Assembly (NCBI GenBank): GCA_024679065.1
Contig: JAGIQG010000025.1
Coordinates: forward strand, 22,258,001-22,322,000
From: Sphyrna mokarran
Taxonomy: Eukaryota
Length of the DNA: 64,000 bases
Reading direction: 5' to 3'
This document shows, piece after piece, positions 1-13,700 of the stretch. Every line of letters begins with the position of its first letter. Position 1 is the stretch's first letter. Made by a program: the position numbers and the translations under genes. The notes under the pieces were generated by a model, which saw only the letters and a program-made list of their open reading frames with translations, was not told where the DNA came from and searched no databases.

Positions 1-121
1 CCCTCTGTATGAAAAAACTCCCTCTAGCATCCAAATTATAACTTACTCCCCTCACCCTAAGCCCATGACCCCTCGTGCTATTAGAGTCCATCCTAGGAAA
101 AAGCTTAACTGTTTACTCTAA
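1..121 (-). mobile_element. CR1 LINE 3' region fragment (runs off window start)
   Basis: Near-identical to 63342-63463, which lies in a CR1 RT/3' region. Confidence 0.85.
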
Positions 122-199
122 GCCTGCGAAAGGTTTGTGGGTAGTTTCCAGTGAGGTGAATGGCAAAGGCTGTTTGTCACTGAGCAAAATTGGGATGGT

Positions 200-1568
200 A
201 AAACAGTGTTTGGCAAAATGCCACTTCTAATCCAGTTGCTTTCAGTGTTTTGTTGAAGAAAGGATGCTTCTATCCACTGGATGGGAGGAAAAAGGTGAGC
301 AGGTGAGCATTCCTGTTCACTCTCACTATGCACGAGAGTGTTTCCAGGACAGTCAGTGCCTAGGCCTCCAGTAGAGACTTGACCTGCAATCCTGCAAAAG
401 GATGACTGATCTCATCCATGTCACCAGGATAAGTGAACTCTGAGTTCAGAGATTCTAGTACAGCAGACTTGCATTCCATCGCTGTAGTCACGGGGAGCTT
501 CTGCAGTGGCTCTGTGAGAGGGGATGTGACACCTCAGTCTCCCTCTAGGAGTGCACAACCTTCAGGTCTTCAAAGGAAGGAAGAGTGGCAGTTGGACACT
601 GCTGGTGCCTCCAGTCGGGACTATGAGATTATCTTGCCCTTCCGAATTCCCTTTGCCTGTGACCCTTTCAACCTCATTCTCTGTTACCATAGAGGGAGTA
701 GCTGTTCCATAACAGGATAGCAAAAATAAACTGGCGTCCACAAAGCCTCAGCTCTCTGGAGGATGAACATCAAGATCATCCAAGGCAAAATGACCAAGAG
801 TTCAACAGGCTGCCTTCACCTCTGTTAGGTGGGGAACTGAGTCAGTGGAAGAAAAGTTAAAAAGCTCTGAAATCCACAAGTCATTGCATGAGTGCAGTAG
901 ATTGCTACACATATCACACAGTTGTAAATATAGTTCACTTGATCTGATCCGGACTTCATTTCATTGAAGTATTCTGCCAATGTCAATTAAATTGTGGGAA
1001 AACAAAGCTGACAAAAAGCTAATTTCTTCTTTAATTCTTAAATTTAGATGAAGATTTGAGATAAAGCAGAATGATTTTCTGATTTTCTCTGAGGAAGTTA
1101 AGCTGTTGCTTAAAACCTGGTACCTGGGAGAAGCTGCCCTTTTGAAAACAATCACCTGCCTCCTCCCTCTCCCTCTGCAAAAGCTGTGTGATCCTCGTGG
1201 TTTATGCCTCACCCACGCAGTGCTGCATGTGGTGTTCCAGGTTGGTTACTGGCGACCTCCATCTTCTTCTGATCTCCGCAAGCTGCCCCAGGCCCTCTTG
1301 AAATAAGTGCCAACATATCCTGGGCCAGTGGGATTTCCCACTCACAGGAAGTGATCACAGTTCAGGTTGTGTCTTCATCTGCATCTCATTAGCAGGAACA
1401 AATTGCTTTCACACTGGCCTCTATTGGGAATTGTGATCTACTGCCGGGAGCAGAAGATCCCACCCTCATTTTGTGCCACTTGGAAACAATTTTTGAGTTC
1501 CAAAACTCGTGTTTAGTTCCACACGTGCAACTAAACATGTGTGGGGAGGTTTGAGAAAATGCTGCCCC
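200..1568 (+). mobile_element. Decayed PIF/Harbinger-derived element with Myb/SANT-like remnant
   Basis: Frameshifted peptides FYPLDGRKK, VSA*ASSR and LQSCKRMTDLIHVTR (~265-430) resemble Harbinger Myb/SANT QCRKRMNDL; TIR-like end gaaaatgctgccc near 1568. Parallels the element at 47957-50475. Confidence 0.45.
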
Positions 1569-2272
1569 ACATTGCTGATGTCCACCTACCTAACGTGGCT
1601 GAATGCAAAATGGCACAATGCCATTGGATATCAATCTGGTCACAGTCTGTCTAACCACATGAAAAACATTAGATGCAGATGAAAGTACCTTCTGGAGCTG
1701 ACAATAACTGTGCCCTTCTGTCAATGTCTACATCAGCGATGTGGCAGTTTATTATTAATCTTAATTCTTTCATTGCAATTGTCTTCTGTTGTTTCAAATT
1801 CAGAGATGGGAAAACTGTAAACTTAGAAACTGAAATGAAGTGATGTGTATAATTAACAATGACAAAGCCTTTCTTTATACAGCCACATTTGAACTATTCA
1901 CCTCTGAGCCAAACCACACTGCTCAGCCTGTGACTAATGCATTAACCCCAGTGAATCCAGCATGACTCCCCTGTACCTGATACTTTCATCAAACATGTTG
2001 TTTGTCTCAGCAATTCGGATTATATTTGAATATATGATCCCTTCAGAGAAAATCAAACAGAATAAAATCAATTCAGTCCTTTGAAGGATTTAGCTCAGAC
2101 ATGCTATGACGTTGTGTAAACTAATCCATGTGCTTATTACCATATTGTCTTAAGACAGGATCAGAATGTATTATTCCTGATTCGTGTAGGTAGAAAGCTA
2201 AGGAAAGCTGATGTAACCTCAAAAAGGTCCGCAATCCATAAATGGACCTGAATACTAGGTTATTGAAGACAA

Positions 2273-2408
2273 CAGCTGGAATCTTACATTCATTCACACT
2301 GGCAGGATTTTTTGGTCCTGCTGCAGTGAACAGAGATTTGGCTGAGTGCCAAATTTTTCGTCCTCGCTGTAGTGGGAGTGGGACACAAACGCTGGTAAGA
2401 CTGCACCC
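2273..2408. mobile_element. Harbinger-type MITE
   Basis: Ends cagctggaatcttac...gtaagactgcaccc form imperfect TIRs; related to copies at 5491 and 46524. Confidence 0.55.
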
Positions 2409-5400
2409 AATGAGTTGGATTGAAACTCAGCAGAATAGAAACTTGTCACAATTTAAAATGTGGGCATGGCCAATATTCAGGGTGACAATTTAAACAATTG
2501 CAGGACCAATAGTGAATTGGCAGATCACTTTCCAACTTGCCTAATTTTCTTTTCCATTGGAATTGCTCACCTGATCCAAGTAGCCCAAGGTTTGATTAGA
2601 AATGATCCTCAGGTGTAAGTTGTGTCTCTGCAGGCAGCTTGCCCTAAAGCAAAGACATCAATATTTGGCTGCCTACCTCAGCACCAGTGACCCTAAGATA
2701 GTTGGGGTTTGATGTGGTGGGGGTGGGTAGTTGCCAGGTGTGGATAATTGGAAAATGCGCTGAGTTGAGTGTGGGAGTGTTGCTGATGGGAGCACTCCTG
2801 TTCCTCTGACCCCAGAGGAACTTACCTGGTGTTGGAGAATCCTGAATGTGATGGGGTTCAGCACCTGCCCCACTCTTAGATGGCAAAGTTCTCAATGGCA
2901 CTCTCAAAGAGATGTTAGGTCCCTCAGTTACATATTCAAAAGGTCTAAATAGTGGAACAATGAGAGTAGCATTCGTTCCAGTGACAGAATCTTACCACTT
3001 GGTTTACTTAATGTTTGTTTTGTATTCAAAAAAAACTAGCACAACAAATACAAATGTCTACGCCTTTATTGCCCTCAAAACACCTGCTGCCAATCTTGAA
3101 AATAAGCCTTTATATAAAATGTCAACTGTATCTGGCCTTAAAAGCAAAAATGGAGGCATTTTTACTAATTCCCATTATTTTTAATTTTAACTAATCAGAA
3201 TTGTATCTGTAATTACTGCTCTAAAACTCATTGGCCCATCTTAAACTTTTTTGTCAGTAATTTCTGGGTCTGACATCCTTCAGAGGTAGATGAATTGAAA
3301 CCCAAAAGAAACATAATTTTGCCAGAAGATAGGCAGGAAAACCTGTAAAAATAATGGTGAGAGATTGCAGACTTCTTGAAGAAATTCCCCCCCCAATGCC
3401 TCATATTTGTACATAGCCACAATGGTGGGAGGAGATGTGGAATTCAAATAGGATTTTTTTACCCTCTTTTCAACTTGATCTGATTGGTTTTGAAAACCTT
3501 CATTTCTTACTCTTCCAACCAATTGGTTGATACTGACAACTGTCCACCACAATGGGGGAAAAAAAGTGATTTTCCTAAAAAAAAGTGGACCACTAATAAG
3601 CCAAATCAAGGGCTGCAGAGCTGTCAAAGCTGACAACAGTTGCTGCATATGCGCTCACTGTCAAACATATCCTGTGACTTTTTCTTTTTTTTGACGTAGA
3701 TTTGACTTTTTGCATTTTTTTAACTTATTTGAAACATCATTCCTGAATCTCAGTTGAAAAAGAAAGCAATGTGAACCACTTTTACTATGCTTGTTTTGAA
3801 AAGGATAATATAAAAGGATGTGTATTAAAATGCAAAAACTCGTTAATACTTTATACACAAGTACAAAAATAAGAAATTAAAAATGAAAGTCTCAGGCTTA
3901 AGTGTTCCACAGACCAGTACTGCATTAATAGCACAATCCATTGTACTTTCAGAGGCTTCATTCCTCAATAGTTTATGTCAAATCGATGAGGCGATGATCT
4001 CGAAGCCTGCTGTCATTTTTATAATAAAAGTATTTTGAAGTTTCACAGAGATGATCAAATAGACACGTATGCCCTCATTATATTGCTGAGCAAAATGGGC
4101 ACATATTCATCTTTCACCAGGGAATGTAAATTGACACTTCACCTGAGATCAACTCAGGAGAAATCAGAATTATAATCTGTTATGTTACCAATGACCTATT
4201 CGACTTTCTGGAAATATCAGTTCCATTTTTACCACGTGGTCACCAGGAATCAGATAGTTCCTCCATCTGCTGGACTGCTAAATATATAACTTTGCAGTAG
4301 CTAGCAGTATAAGTATGCAGTTGTTGCAAACCAATTATGGTATCTGTCTCAATCATTTTCACTAGTCTGCTGGATAGTTGGTTAAATCTGTCAAACCTGC
4401 TGCCTACCGTAATACCCAGCTCACATTATTTAGCAAAACTAAGATATCATTATGGAATAGCTTTACTCATATTAGATGAATGTTCAGTAAAAATTAAAAT
4501 TAGTAAAAGTTCAAAAACACAGTATGTTGACTTTGATTAAATTGGTTTCCAGTATAATAAACACTTAGGCAAATTAAGGATATAAACAGCTATATTCTCA
4601 TACTGGTTATTTTGAAAGACTTCTATAAATCTTCCTCTTGACATCAATATCTATGCCACTGACAAAACAAAGCATCTTTATATTCTCACCATAGAACAGA
4701 CTGTGACACCAAGGATTCTTAATCTTCCTGTGGGAGAGATTTACCCATCGAGATTAAAAGCACAATTTGAGTATTGTCTTGTAGTTCAAAATATAATTCT
4801 TGGCACAATGTGTGGTTTGTTTCCTTTGCAAAAATTACATTCCATTTAATAACATCACTATAAACTACTGGAGCAACTGGGAACAAAATAATCATAATTT
4901 AGGCAACATCCAAAGAGGCAGAATTATGAAAATCAATGTAGTGCTTTTGTGGTGATTTTATGGGTGAAGACATCTTCAAAGCATGTGAAAGTGAACTCGG
5001 GATTTTGTATACAAGAATTATTCCCTAAGAATCAATGTCTCGAATGGCGCTATCACTTTTTTGCAGTGCAGAAAGATTTATAAGACGGTACCACTTTTAA
5101 GGCTGTGGTGGATTTGGGGAGGAGGCACATGGGGAAAAGCAAAAGAAAGTAACTAATCTATTCATTTATCGACCCATGTCAAGTCCTGAACTGCCTGTAC
5201 TGGATGCGCTTGTGGTGAGGAGCAGTGAAGGACATAAGAGTGAGTAAGATATTATTCTGAACAGGGACATAATATCAAGCTACAACACTAATAGAGTAAT
5301 TTTTGTCCCATGTGTATTGGATAACCACTGGTGACAACTGCCCATCATGATGCAAGAATAATATTGTGCTGAAAATTACATGCTATTCTTGTGTCCTAAT

Positions 5401-5490
5401 TACCTAATTAAAAGTTTTGTACAAAGTATGACACACGTGTCTGCAACCAAAAGGTATGTTGCACTGTTCTGATTGATTCAAGTAACTTAA

Positions 5491-5624
5491 GGGCAGGGAT
5501 TTCCAGATTTCCAGCCACTCCCGCTGCTGGGATTTTCCAGTCACACTGAAAATCAGTGGACTTCTAGCTAGACCGTTGAATCTCCCAAAGCGGGGAGCTA
5601 CCACAGGGCTGCAAAATCCTGGTC
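5491..5624. mobile_element. Harbinger-type MITE
   Basis: gggcagggattt...aaaatcctggtc imperfect TIRs, flanked by taa/tta. Confidence 0.6.
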
Positions 5625-5775
5625 TTAGTGATCCCTTCAAAATGTTTTTAATAAGCTACCAGTGTTCATTTTGTCTTTTTGCCCAACCTACCATATATGC
5701 CTGCAAGAAACATACTGTTGAAAAGGAAAAACACTGTTCAAGAATTCTAAAACATAAATCAGTATAATTACTCAT

Positions 5776-5820
<45 letters not shown>
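5776..5820. repeat. Compound microsatellite (TG)n(TA)n(TC)n
   Basis: Directly visible dinucleotide runs. Confidence 0.95.
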
Positions 5821-6073
5821 AATATCTTCCTATTCTCAGCATCTTTCATCTTGTCTTCTGCAGTCCGCAGCAATCCTATTCTTTTCAATGCCTTTTATCC
5901 ATTTGCTAATTCTGATGCTGTGATCTCTGTAGATGTGTGATTTTCCTGCTCCTGTTATTCAGGCCTCTGCAATTTTCAGCATTTTGCATTGCCACTTGCT
6001 ATCCCCAAGAATTTCCTACTGCTGGTAGTCTCTGCAAGCAATGTACCGAATCACCTAGAATAATTTCACCCAT

Positions 6074-6346
6074 TATAGAACTCCTACAGTGCAGAAGGAG
6101 GCCCATCAAGTCTGCACTGACAACAATCCCACCCAAGTCCTATTCCTCATGCACTAAGGAGCAATTTAGCAGAGCCAATCAATCTTTGGACTGTGCACAT
6201 CTTTGGAGTGTGGGTGGAAACTGGCGCAACCGATGGAAACCCATACAGATGTGGGGAGAATTTCAAACTCCACGCAGGTACTCACCCAAAGCCGGAACTG
6301 AATTGATCTCTTGTGTGGCAGCAGTGCTAACCACTGTGTCACCATG
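6074..6346 (-). mobile_element. V-SINE (HE1-like tRNA-derived SINE)
   Basis: Reverse strand carries the V-core (gtggagtttgaaattctccccacatctgtatgggtttcc...ccacactccaaagatgtgc), a tRNA-like head and a CR1-like tail. Confidence 0.85.
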
Positions 6347-6849
6347 TATAATCTGAAGTATTAACTAGTTGAGCACATCAAGAACTTGCCATTCTCACTT
6401 TACCTTGTTAGCTTGTGAGTATTCTAATCAAGGAACTGTTTAAAGAACTGAAGCTTCATAACAAATTCTTTGACAGGATTTATTTTTATTGACATAGCAA
6501 TATATTTATTATTTTCTCCAAATTTAAAAAAAATTAGCATAAAGCGAACATTTGGCTTTTCAATAATGGAAGTACCATGTATTAGCAAAACCTGTGTTAA
6601 CAGTGGGTCTGAAGTAGAAATGGGTGAGTCTGAAATAGTAATGAGTAAACAGATCAGTACAAACAACCTGTTAGATTCAGATGTCTGCATTTCACCTTGC
6701 TAATTGGCAAAAAATTTGTGTTGATCATATCATAACACAACAGGTGCAGAAATGCTTTATCCTCAATGTGACTGCCCATTCTTCCACTACTCCTTTAGCC
6801 TAATGCTTATGAAGACCATTAAGCTCTGTATACCTGCTTTGCAGAATAG

Positions 6850-7526
6850 CTTTGGTCCATCTGCTAGGAGGACCCAGACCTTCCTGTCGCTTGCCACTTC
6901 AACACACCACTCTGCTCTCCTGTCCGCATATCTGTCCTTCATCTTTTGCAATTTTCTTGTGAACCCCAACACCAATTGGAGGAATAGCACCTCATCTTCT
7001 AGTTGGGCTTTTTGCAGCCTTTGAGACTGAACATTGAATTCAACAACTTCAGAGCATGAACTCTCCCTTCCATCTTCACCCCAATTCTATTTATTTTGTT
7101 TCTTTTCATCTTATTCATCCATTTTTATCACTTTTCATTCTTCCTTTCAGTTTCCACTTCTCAAATCTCACTCTCCATCATGACCCTCCAACCCCCCACC
7201 TTCAAAGCAACTCCATATTCCTGAGATAGTCCCTTAATAACCTGTACCTCTGTTCTGCCATTCACACATTCTGATCACTTAATGGAGGCTTTTAGCACCT
7301 TTCTCCGCCTTCATCATTACTATTTACATTTCCTTTGTCCTATTACCCTGCACCCCCAGCCCCACACTCACAATATAAATCATGTTCCATTTTCCTTGCT
7401 TTCAGTCCTGACAAAAGATCACCCAAACTCAAAGTTGTTCTCCACAGATGCTGTCAGTCCTGCTGAGTTTCTCCAGCATTCTGTTTTTCCTTCAGATCCC
7501 AGCATTTGCAGTATTTAGCCTTTTGC
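6850..7526 (+). mobile_element. Penelope-like element family B, 3' part (GIY-YIG C-terminus + pLTR)
   Basis: Peptide DLPVACHFN...LEE*HLIF*LGFLQPLRLNIEFNNFRA* is typical of the PLE endonuclease tail; ends with cagatgctgtcagtcctgctgagtttctccagcatt. Confidence 0.8.
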
Positions 7527-8044
7527 TTATTCAATGTAACAGAATTATTCAGCCTTTACTGAAAGTCTGAACACCAAAATTTTCGACTAAGCTAAAGTCC
7601 CTGGCAATGGAATTTTCCTCTGTGATTGGGAAGGGGAAGGGGAAGAGAATTTAGTTACAGATTGATAATTGGTTTACAGAATTATTTGGTGTAATCATTG
7701 TGGTATTGAAAATGTTTCACATATGCCAATTAAAGCATTTCACTGCCACAGAAATCATCTTTCTACTGGCCACACCAGTGTAAGATTTGAGAACTTTCCA
7801 TTTAATGCTAAAATATGAAGATAGTGAAATAACAAGTCTCAGTATGACTGATAGTTATATTAGCAGACAATTGATAATGCGTTTGGCATTCTACTAATTT
7901 AAGATAGTTAAACACTTTTTAAAACAACCTTTTAATTAAATGGCAGCCATCTCTTTGCACTTGCCATCACAAGAGTTCAGAAAAGTTATCAATAAGTAGG
8001 AGTATTCCAGTTTCTTCCTTGCTCTGAAATGAGTCTGTTACCTA

Positions 8045-8268
8045 GGGAAAGATTTTCCAGCCCTTCCTGCCAGCTGGATTTTCCTGTTCCACCAAAGGTG
8101 CCCTGACGTGCTCCCCCCCACCCACCCCCATCACCACAGCAGGTCCCCCTGCATGGAGACAGACAAACCATGCAAAATGCTATAGAGCTCAACAGGACCA
8201 GAACTGCCTGCTGGTGGCTAATAGTGAGCCACTTCCGCTACCAGAAAAGGGACTAGAGAATTCTGCCC
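8045..8268. mobile_element. Harbinger-type MITE
   Basis: gggaaagattttcc...gagaattctgccc TIRs, cta/tta flanks. Confidence 0.55.
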
Positions 8269-9443
8269 TTAAAGTGTGAGTTTGTCAATTTTGAAATAAA
8301 GTGACCTCCTTACACTAATTTATGGATGATGGCATATATTTCCACCACTTTATTTGGAAATTGATGACATTTGAAAGAAAGACTTTTTAATGACTTAAGC
8401 AAAACAGACTTATTGATAACTTGTTCATGAAGTCAAAAGCTTCCATGAGTGCCCCTTATATTCTAACTTCACATTGCCTCTGTGAGAATATTACAGGAGG
8501 AGCCACCACGTTTAGATTGTTTTGTTATCTCTCCCAATGTCATCTAATGTATACCATTGTTCTGAAATATTGTATAAAAGGTAGCAATGCAAAAAAGATC
8601 GTGTAACCTAATATTGTAGCAGAAAATGACATAGCAGATGATTTAAGCAACTAGAAAGGAATTGCTGATGGATGTTGCTGACTTCACTCACCAGTGTTTG
8701 CAAACATGGACAACGCTAGCCACATTACATTAGAATAGTGGTTTATTTTAAGCTAATAGTCAATAATTTTGAAAAACAAATTCCAGCTTTGCAATAATTA
8801 TCAGCCTGTAACATAACTCAACAGAATATGCTCAGTTCAAACTTTATAGAATGAAGGTTGTTATCCTTGCTTTAAGTCACCTTTGTTACAGGAATTTAAC
8901 TAGTCTCTTTTACAAACTAGAACCAATATGTGCCTTATTCCCTCACAATGTAAAGCCAATGCTTATCCGACTCTCTGATAATCTAGAGTCAACATGTGCC
9001 AAATTTCCTGTAACCTAGTCAGCATTTGCCACAATTCCCTCATGATCTGGATATGCCTGATTTATTTTTGGTAATCTACAGCAATTATGTCTCAACTCGC
9101 TGATGATTTAGTTCCAGTCCGTATTAATTTCCAGGTAACCTGGAGCTGGTATGCGACTCTGTGACAATTAGGAGTTGATACAATTCAGACTTTCTGAAAA
9201 TCTAAAGGCAGTGAATGTACGATTCCAATAAGTCAGATCTTCCACTGTTGGACTGCCACTTTGACTATACTTTTCTGTGCCCCAAAACAGCTCCACGTTA
9301 CTGACTGGGCTTCAGCCAACTTCTCCAGGGATGCAAAGTGTTCAGTCCATCAGAGAACTCCATCACAGTATAGTATTATCAAGGAAAAGATTGGACACAT
9401 CCCCATCTTACAATACTAGTAAGTCATAAGGTAAGTTCAAATT

Positions 9444-9572
9444 AAAAGCTCAGCAGATCTGACAGCATTTGTGGCGAGATAACAGAGCCAACAATTCTGG
9501 AAGACTCTTTGAAATCTTTGAGAATTTTCTGTATTTGTTTCAGATTCCAGCATCCGCAATATTTTGCTTTTA
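9444..9572. mobile_element. PLE family B pLTR remnant with inverted 5' piece
   Basis: ctcagcagatctgacagcatttgtgg (antisense pLTR) followed by sense 3' end ttcagattccagcatccgcaatattttgctttt. Confidence 0.65.
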
Positions 9573-9597
9573 TCTGAGGTAAATTTAAAGATCCACT

Positions 9598-10010
9598 GTG
9601 AGTGAATGGCTGAATGTTAGGGAATAGGTAGAGATAGAGATAGGTAGGGTGCATTGTGGGTGAGTTAAGTAGTGACTGGCGGGTGAGGTATTAGGTAGAT
9701 GGAGTGGCAGATGAATAGAATGGCTGGTCAGTTAGCCGGGTGAGTGGTAGTGGGGTTAGTTGGGTTGAGTCAATAGAGATAGTGGTTGCTTGGTGTAGTT
9801 AGCGGGTTAAACCAACTGGTGAGAGATAGTCAGACTTTAACAGGAGCAGTTGGGTTAGATCATGAGAAGTAGTGGAGTGGTGAGTAGGTCAGAAGCTCTG
9901 GAGGATAGTTGGGTTAGTGAGTGGTTATGGGGTTAGTCAGAGATTTGGGGAGCTGGTCAGGACTGTTCTAGAGGGCTGGCCAAGATGGGCCAGCGCGGAG
10001 AGGTCAGTTC
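9598..10010. repeat. G/T-rich low-complexity tract
   Basis: Strong C depletion on the + strand, recurring gggttag/gagtgg/ggtcag words. Confidence 0.6.
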
Positions 10011-10080
10011 TGAAGTTACTTGGTGTTGTGATTTTTCTGGTAACTAATCAGGTATGTGCATCAAACTGTCTAAAGTCTGC

Positions 10081-10385
10081 ATAGAATCTCTATAGTGCAG
10101 AAGGAGGCCACGTGGCCCACTGACAATAATCCCACCGAGGCCCTAAGCCCGTGACCCCACATTATTTGCCCTCCTAGTTCTCATGACACCAAAGGGCAAC
10201 TTACCATGGCCAATCAGCCTAACCTGCACATCTTTGAAATGTGGGAGGAAACTGGAGCAGCTGGAGAAAACCCATTCAAATACGTGGACAACATGCAAAC
10301 TCCCCATAGATGGTGACCCGAGGCCAGAATTGAACCCAGGTCTCTGGTGCTGTAAGGCAGCAGTGCCAGTGTGCTACCCCAGTGT
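10081..10385 (-). mobile_element. V-SINE (HE1-like)
   Basis: Same V-core and tail as the 6074 copy (gtgggaggaaactggagcag...aaactcc). Confidence 0.85.
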
Positions 10386-10539
10386 CCTTAAGTTTATCCT
10401 CGTATTCTACCATCTGTACTATTATGTAGTCGAGGGAATGTTTCTGTGCGTGAATAATGGTCACAATTTAGTTTTTAATTCAGGATGTAACTTTAACAAA
10501 CTTATTTTGTTCTTTAATTTAAACTGAGAAAACAAATAA

Positions 10540-10780
10540 ACATATGAATTCGGAGCAGGAGTAGGTCAAACAACCCCTCGAGTTTGTTTTGTCATTTAAT
10601 AAGATTATGGCTGATCTGATTGTAACTTCAACGTCACATTCCTGCCTACTCCTGAAAACTTTTCACTCTCTATCTATCTAGCTGTGCCTTAAAAATATTC
10701 AAAGACTCCTGCTTCCATTTCCTTTGAGGAAGAAATTTCCAGAGACATTTGACCTTCTGAGAGAAAATAATTCCACCTGT
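10540..10780 (-). mobile_element. CR1 LINE 3' end
   Basis: ggagcaggagtaggtc...aataagattatggctgatctg...ccttaaaaatattcaa; shared with the copy at 38862. Confidence 0.75.
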
Positions 10781-13700
10781 CTGACTAACGTTTTATAGTC
10801 TGAAAATTACTCAATTTCCATTAAATGTTTTTGGTTCAGAGCTGTTTTTTTTAACAGTATTGGCAAATCATATCCTTGCTAAATTCACAACCATAACCAT
10901 CCATATCTGGAATGGTAAGTTAGAGAAGTCAATTTTTATCCTTTCTCATGTGGTCAGAATACTGGATAATTCCCTTAGAGGTCAGCGAGTTGGGATTTTC
11001 ATGGGGTCCTAAGGCACATCTTGGGTGTTAATCTAGAGACCGGAAAATCTGGGCCCATGACGTTATATGTTTGATTTCTGAAATCCCAAGTTAGTATATA
11101 CTTAAGCCCTTAACATAATGAGCTTAGTATATCTTTGAACTCGTTTTTGATGTCAGTGCTTTTTACAATGTGAGCATTGATTTAGGAAACCATTCGCTAT
11201 AATCTCATCCAAATCTGAAAACCATATTTTTCAAAATATCCATGGTGACAGAAAAGTTTGTGCTTGCTTTAGCATTTTTCAGTTGGTTTGGCTTGATTTT
11301 GCTATGATTGCTGTCACTGTATTGGGATTAGAAGAGTGCCAGAGGCTCTTTTTATATATTGTCCTCGTCATTCAAATTACACTGGGCAAGAATTTGTTTA
11401 GTGAGTACAGTAAATTCTGTCCCATTGTAATTGTATAATATGTCCTCACCAATTCTGTTTAATCAGATTAATTTATTTCAGTATTCCATTAATTAGCTAT
11501 TGCTTCTTGTCCTACTCAGGTTAGTGTCTTTTCTGAACAATATATATAGTAACTCATGGTGGAGTACAATTTCTGAAGTACCTAGATAGCCCAAACATGA
11601 TTTCCTTATGTGCAAACCCAAGAGATTGATGGTATATTACTGTATTTGACTGTCGGCTGTTGACCTCAACCAACATTTTACAGTGAGAGTCATTGGAAAG
11701 TGATTAATGCCTCTTGGGTGAAAATAATGAGGCAAATGATAAGGTTGTTGCAATGTTCATATGACTGAAATAAATTCTGCATAGAAGAAGGACCAGTTAT
11801 GAGATTCCTCTGCACTCAATACCCCAGTCCAAATGGTCCATGTACTGGAACCAAGCAGAAAAAAGTGAATTTAAATAGTGGATGCTCAGAAGAATATGTA
11901 TAACACAGAACATTTTAAGTTGAATTGGGTAAAATTGCTTTATATCTGGAATCTTCTATGGAGTTCTCTGAGTGGAGAGTTGTAGACAATCTTTAACCAT
12001 ATGAAAGCATTGAAATGCTCACTCCCATCAGAAAAAGTACTCATGGCAGGATAAATGATAATTGGTGAAAATTACTTTAAATAGTTTGACAAGTAACTGA
12101 ACTTGGCCAAAAACACACATTGAAATTTGAGTAATTTCTCTGGAACCTTGTTGCATGATAATTTTTTTTAATGTTAATGCATGTTTTTGGCCTATTTTAT
12201 TTCTGCTTTACTGTTTCTTGTGAAGTATTGAACTGATGAGAATCCAAATGCCTATTGCCATTAACAAGTGCCATGACAAACGCAAATACTGATCCATTCT
12301 CAACACATTCTGCATTGTACCTATATTTCTATTTAATATTCATTAGCAGCTGTCCAATAAATTTTAATCCTGTTTCAGAAGTCAGGTTCAAACTTACTGT
12401 CAGTGTTTGATATCATTGTTTTCTACAAACTTCTTTAATACTTAACAATATAAGGATTTAATATATACGAGATGTTCCCTACAGGCAGAATTCTGGTGGC
12501 TTTGCTTAATCATCTGTTAGAGATTCACACTAGGAGTATGCAGTGTCCTCTGCCACATCATGCAAAAAAATCAAAAGAGTGCCATTGAGGATATCTTGTC
12601 TAGCCTGGACTGTTCTGACGTAGAACAGTAGCAATCAAAGGGCTAACTCATGATGTAGAAGTAGGGTAGTTGGAAGGTTTTAGCATTGAATTTCATTCGT
12701 GACTTATTAAACTGGAAATTGATTTATTGTTGCTTAATTGTTGATATTTAATAAGATAAAATTATTTCAAATAATTTCATTATTCCCTCTATCTTTGGGT
12801 TTCCGCTGTCACAATCATTCTCAGAGGCGAGGTAGTTGACCTATTCCAAGACTTGCCATTACTATTCAGACAACTTGAACAGCTTCCAATCAGAGCATTT
12901 GTGTAACAACGTGCCGTATGCCACTGAACCATTTAAGAGCTGAAAGCCTGTGTTGAGTGAGTATTCAAACCTACTAGCAAGAGCCAGTACAGGAGTTGTA
13001 AATATCAGAAAAGATGTTGTAGCACAGCTTGAAAATTTCAAGTTTCTAAGTGGAGAGACCATTTTGTTCAGTTACTGAAGTCCGATATTGTACTATTCAT
13101 TCAAATCTCTTGCTTTACTTGACTTGATAGTTGGTACCTGAGGGTCAAAGCCTTCCAAAATGTTGTTACAGATGTCAAGTTACAAGCTAATATAATATCC
13201 CATAATCTTTATATTTAAAAGAGAGAATATTGTTTTGTTATGAACCATGTGGTAATTTGAAAATGGGATTGTTACCTTTTTTGAATACTTATTTATGAAA
13301 TTCAATCAACTAGCAGTGAATATTATCAGCTGAAACAGAATCCTTTATCTTGGCAAATGATAAAAAGAGAATTCATTTGCAATTCTGCAGTCAGCTTAAT
13401 AATAATCTCTTCTTTGCTCCACACCAATGACTTATGCTTTAAAATGCAAATTACATTGAGAAATTTGGAATAATGCTTCCAGAACCTTAGGCAGTTCTAA
13501 AGACAACATTCCACAAACATAAGAATTGTTGTAATGACTTGGCCAGGTCTAAAGGCAACACTGCTTTCCAGTGTCTGGAGAATTAATACATTCTGAAGAC
13601 AGTAAAATGCAAGAAGCAGGAATCCAATGACACACATCGAAACTCAATTTGGACAACCAGCCAAACATAGCAACATTTAAAACCTAACCAGCACCTATTT

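Noticed and set aside
3280-3648. 122-aa minus-strand ORF
   Set aside because: No recognisable domain or convincing splice context; likely chance.
5937-6356. 139-aa ORF
   Set aside because: Mostly an antisense read-through of a V-SINE.
12830-13140. Coding-like composition with partly open frames on both strands
   Set aside because: Stops in all frames and no recognisable homology.
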